From contig CBDCDA010000002.1 in the NCBI GenBank assembly GCA_965215335.1, positions 160,001 to 224,000 of the forward strand: DNA of 64,000 nt. Direction: 5' to 3'. The notes beneath the pieces are model-generated. The model did no database searches. It was not told the DNA's origin and saw nothing but the letters and a program-made list of their open reading frames with translations. The stretch comes from an uncultured Candidatus Entotheonella sp. GTDB taxonomy: Bacteria; Tectomicrobia; Entotheonellia; Entotheonellales; Entotheonellaceae. Shown one piece after another: positions 61,588 to 64,000 of the stretch. Each line of letters opens with the position of its first letter. Within the stretch, counting starts at the first letter, position 1. The position numbers were made by a program, and so were the translations under genes.

Positions 61588-62778
61588 ATGGCTAAGACGC
61601 AACAAGATCTTCTTGTCGCGGCGCGGCAGGAAATCCCGGAAGTGAGCGTGCAGGAGGTGCAGGAACGTGGCCAGCCCGGTGACGACTTCGTGCTCCTGGA
61701 CGTACGCGAGAACGACGAGGTGCGCAGCGGCTACATCGACGGGGCGGTCACCATCCCGCGCGGCTTTCTCGAATTTCAAGTAGCCAGCAAGGTGCCGCAG
61801 ACCGACAAGGAAGTGATCGTTTACTGTGCGGGCGGCGCTCGCTCGCTGCTGGCGGCTCAGGTGCTGCGCTCGATGGGGTATGAAAACGTGTCGTCGATGG
61901 CCGGCGGCATGACCCGCTGGAAGGATGCCGGATTTCCCGTTCAGCGCGACCGGCAGCTCAGTGCGGAGCAGCTCGAGCGCTACAGCCGGCATTTCCTGTT
62001 GTCCCAGATCGGCGAAAAGGGGCAGGGGAAGCTCCTCGACGCCAAAGTCCTGCTGGTAGGAGCCGGCGGCCTCGGCTCGCCCGCGGCGCTGTATCTCGCC
62101 GCCGCGGGTGTCGGCACCCTTGGCTTGGTGGACGCCGATGTGGTGGACCTGTCCAACCTGCAACGTCAGGTGTTGCACAGCAATGACCGTATCGGCTTGC
62201 CCAAAACCGAGTCGGGCAAAATCGCCATCAACGCCCTCAACCCGGACGTCAACGTGCAGGCGCATAATGAGCGCCTGACGACCGATAACGTCCTGGACCT
62301 GTTCGCTGAGTACGATATCATCGTGGACGGTTGCGACAACTTCCCGACGCGCTATCTGGTCAACGACGCCGCGGTGCTGGCGCGCAAACCCGTGGTACAC
62401 GGCAGCATTTTCCAGTTCGAGGGACAGGCGAGCGTGTTCAAGCCGCATGAAGGTCCATGTTATCGCTGCCTGTTTCCCACGCCGCCGCCGCCGGGGCTGG
62501 TGCCCTCGTGAAGCGAGGCCGGCGTCCTGGGAGTTTTGCCCGGGGTCATTGGTGTGGTGCAGGCGACGGAAACCGTGAAGCTCATCGTCGGGCAGGGCGA
62601 CCCCCTGGTCGGCCGCCTGCTGATGTACGACTCGCTGGCCATGACGTTCCGCGAAATCCGTCTGCGGCGTGATCCGAATTGCCCATTGTGCGGCGACAAT
62701 CCGACCATCACGAGGTTGGTCGATTACGAGGAGCTCTGCGGTCTGGCTGCTCCAGAACCGGTAGGTGTGGGTGACTAG
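61588..62778 (+). CDS. moeB: Rhodanese-MoeB fusion (MoeZ/MoeBR), probable selenoprotein with UGA at 62509-62511
   Basis: YCAGGARS rhodanese loop, GAGGLG, SNLQRQ, CYRC, PS*SEAGVLG, CPLC; frame continues after TGA to TAG 62778. Confidence 0.85.
62521..62553 (+). promoter_or_regulatory. Candidate bacterial SECIS hairpin
   Basis: TCCTGGG-AGTTTTG-CCCGGGG stem-loop, loop starting 20 nt after the UGA, G at loop position 2. Confidence 0.6.
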
Positions 62779-63620
62779 GTTCAGGACTCATAACCAGAAG
62801 ATGACCGTGGCAGCAATACAGATGGCGCTGTAGAAAGTGTGCGCACAGCGATCATGGCGTGTGGCGATACGGCGCCAATCCTTGAGGCGACCGAACAGGC
62901 GCTCGATGAGATTACGGCTCTTGTAGAGCTCCGTGTCGTAGACAATCGGCTCTTTACGATTGGCACGGCCTGGAATACAGGGCTTGATCTTGCGCTCGGC
63001 AAGCGCCTTGCGCAGCCGGTTGCTGTCATAACCCTTGTCGGCAATCAGCACGTCGGCCTCCGGCAATGCGGGCGGCGCCATGTCTGCCCCGCGATAGTCG
63101 CTGACCTGGCCCGCAGTCAACACCATGACGACGGGCTTGCCGTCGCCGTCGCAGACGGCGTGAAGTTTCGAGTTGAGGCCGCCGCGGGTACGCCCGATAT
63201 GACGCGGAAAAGCCCCCCCTCAAGCAGGCTGGCAGCGGTGCGATGCGCCTTGAGATGCGTGCTGTCGATCATGACGGTCTCGGTGGCCGTGCTGTCGGCG
63301 GCCAGGGTTTGGAAGATGCGGTCGAAGACACCGGCCTTGCTCCAGCGCACGAAGCGGTTGTAGGGCGTCTTGTGGGGACCGTAGCAGGCGGGCGCGTGGC
63401 GCCACATCAGACCGTATCGAATGACGTGGATGATGCCGCTGATGACTTTTCGGTCATCGACGCGCGGGACGCCCCGCACCTTGTTGGGTAGCAGGGGTTT
63501 CAGGCGGGCAAACTGCACGTCGGATAGCCAGAAGCAGTGATCGGGCATGATGAACCTCCTTATGAAGTTAGGGTCTTGAATCCTACATGACCAATGATAC
63601 CCTTTTATAGGTCCTGAGCC
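62778..63620 (-). mobile_element. IS5-family insertion sequence (IS427-like group), ~840 bp
   Basis: Imperfect terminal IRs GGTTCAGGACTCATAA / GGCTCAGGACCTATAA; TA (or CTAG) duplication on both sides. Confidence 0.9.
62788..63548 (-). CDS. IS5-family transposase, two frames joined by a -1 frameshift at ~63213-63219
   Basis: OrfA GVPRVDDR..IDST..KAHR; OrfB IGRTRGGLNSKLHAVCD, ADKGYDS, R.LIERLFGRLKDWRRIATR. Confidence 0.85.
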
Positions 63621-63690
63621 TAGTACTAGTGCTTGCATGAGCCACGCCACCGTAACCCGCTGAGGCGTTTTCGGAGGTCATCCATCTGCC

Positions 63691-64000
63691 ATGCCTGCTG
63701 ACCTGCGACAGACGATGCGCCAACGCCTGCTGGCTGAACGCGGCGCGGTCGTGAAGGAAGCGGGCGCCGTGCGCCTGCGCTTCGCACTGGCGTATCCGCA
63801 AACCTACTACATCGGCATGTCCAACCTGGGCCTGCAGACGATCTACCGGCTCGTCAACCAGCGCCCGGACACCCTGTGCGAGCGCGTCTTTCTGCCCGAC
63901 CCCGCCGCCGTCAGCCGCCACGGCTATGCCAACGCATCCCTGTTTTCCGTCGAGTCGCAGCGGCCCGCCAGCGATTTTCACCTGGTGGGTTTTTCCGTGT
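63691..64000 (+). CDS. B12-binding radical SAM protein, N-terminus, 3' partial
   Basis: FALAYPQTYYIGMSNLGLQTIY..CERVFLP; GGAGG upstream; open to window edge. Confidence 0.8.
   Translation, partial: MPADLRQTMRQRLLAERGAVVKEAGAVRLRFALAYPQTYYIGMSNLGLQTIYRLVNQRPDTLCERVFLPDPAAVSRHGYANASLFSVESQRPASDFHLVGFSV

Overview
GC-rich bacterial chromosome segment from a diderm, LPS-producing organism. Lineage cannot be fixed from sequence alone. Most of it is housekeeping: clpC end, bamA-skp-lpxD-fabZ-lpxA-gnnA-lpxI-lpxB-DUF374-waaA, trxA, 2-oxoacid dehydrogenase E1a/E1b/E2, purA, mtaB, thrB, tpiA-secG-tRNA-Leu, mltD, thrC, ino1, rne, mce, asd, a tungsten-type AOR, trmJ, a sigma54 activator and moeZ. Accessory pieces are (i) a ~9 kb SNF2-helicase/DUF1156-methylase/DUF499-ATPase defence-type island whose ATPase is deleted and frameshifted, (ii) a lone 764-aa dynamin-like GTPase followed by a vapBC remnant, and (iii) an IS5-family element at the moeZ stop codon. 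The most notable signals are an in-frame UGA at the conserved Cys of rhodanese-MoeB followed by a SECIS-like hairpin (probable selenoprotein), a palindromic repeat translated in-frame inside the methylase, a USP with an IF1/Inh1-like N-terminal helix, an enlarged GG-terminal ubiquitin-like protein behind AOR, and a cis-CaaD-type tautomerase pair. Family assignments come from motif recognition by eye; no searches were run.
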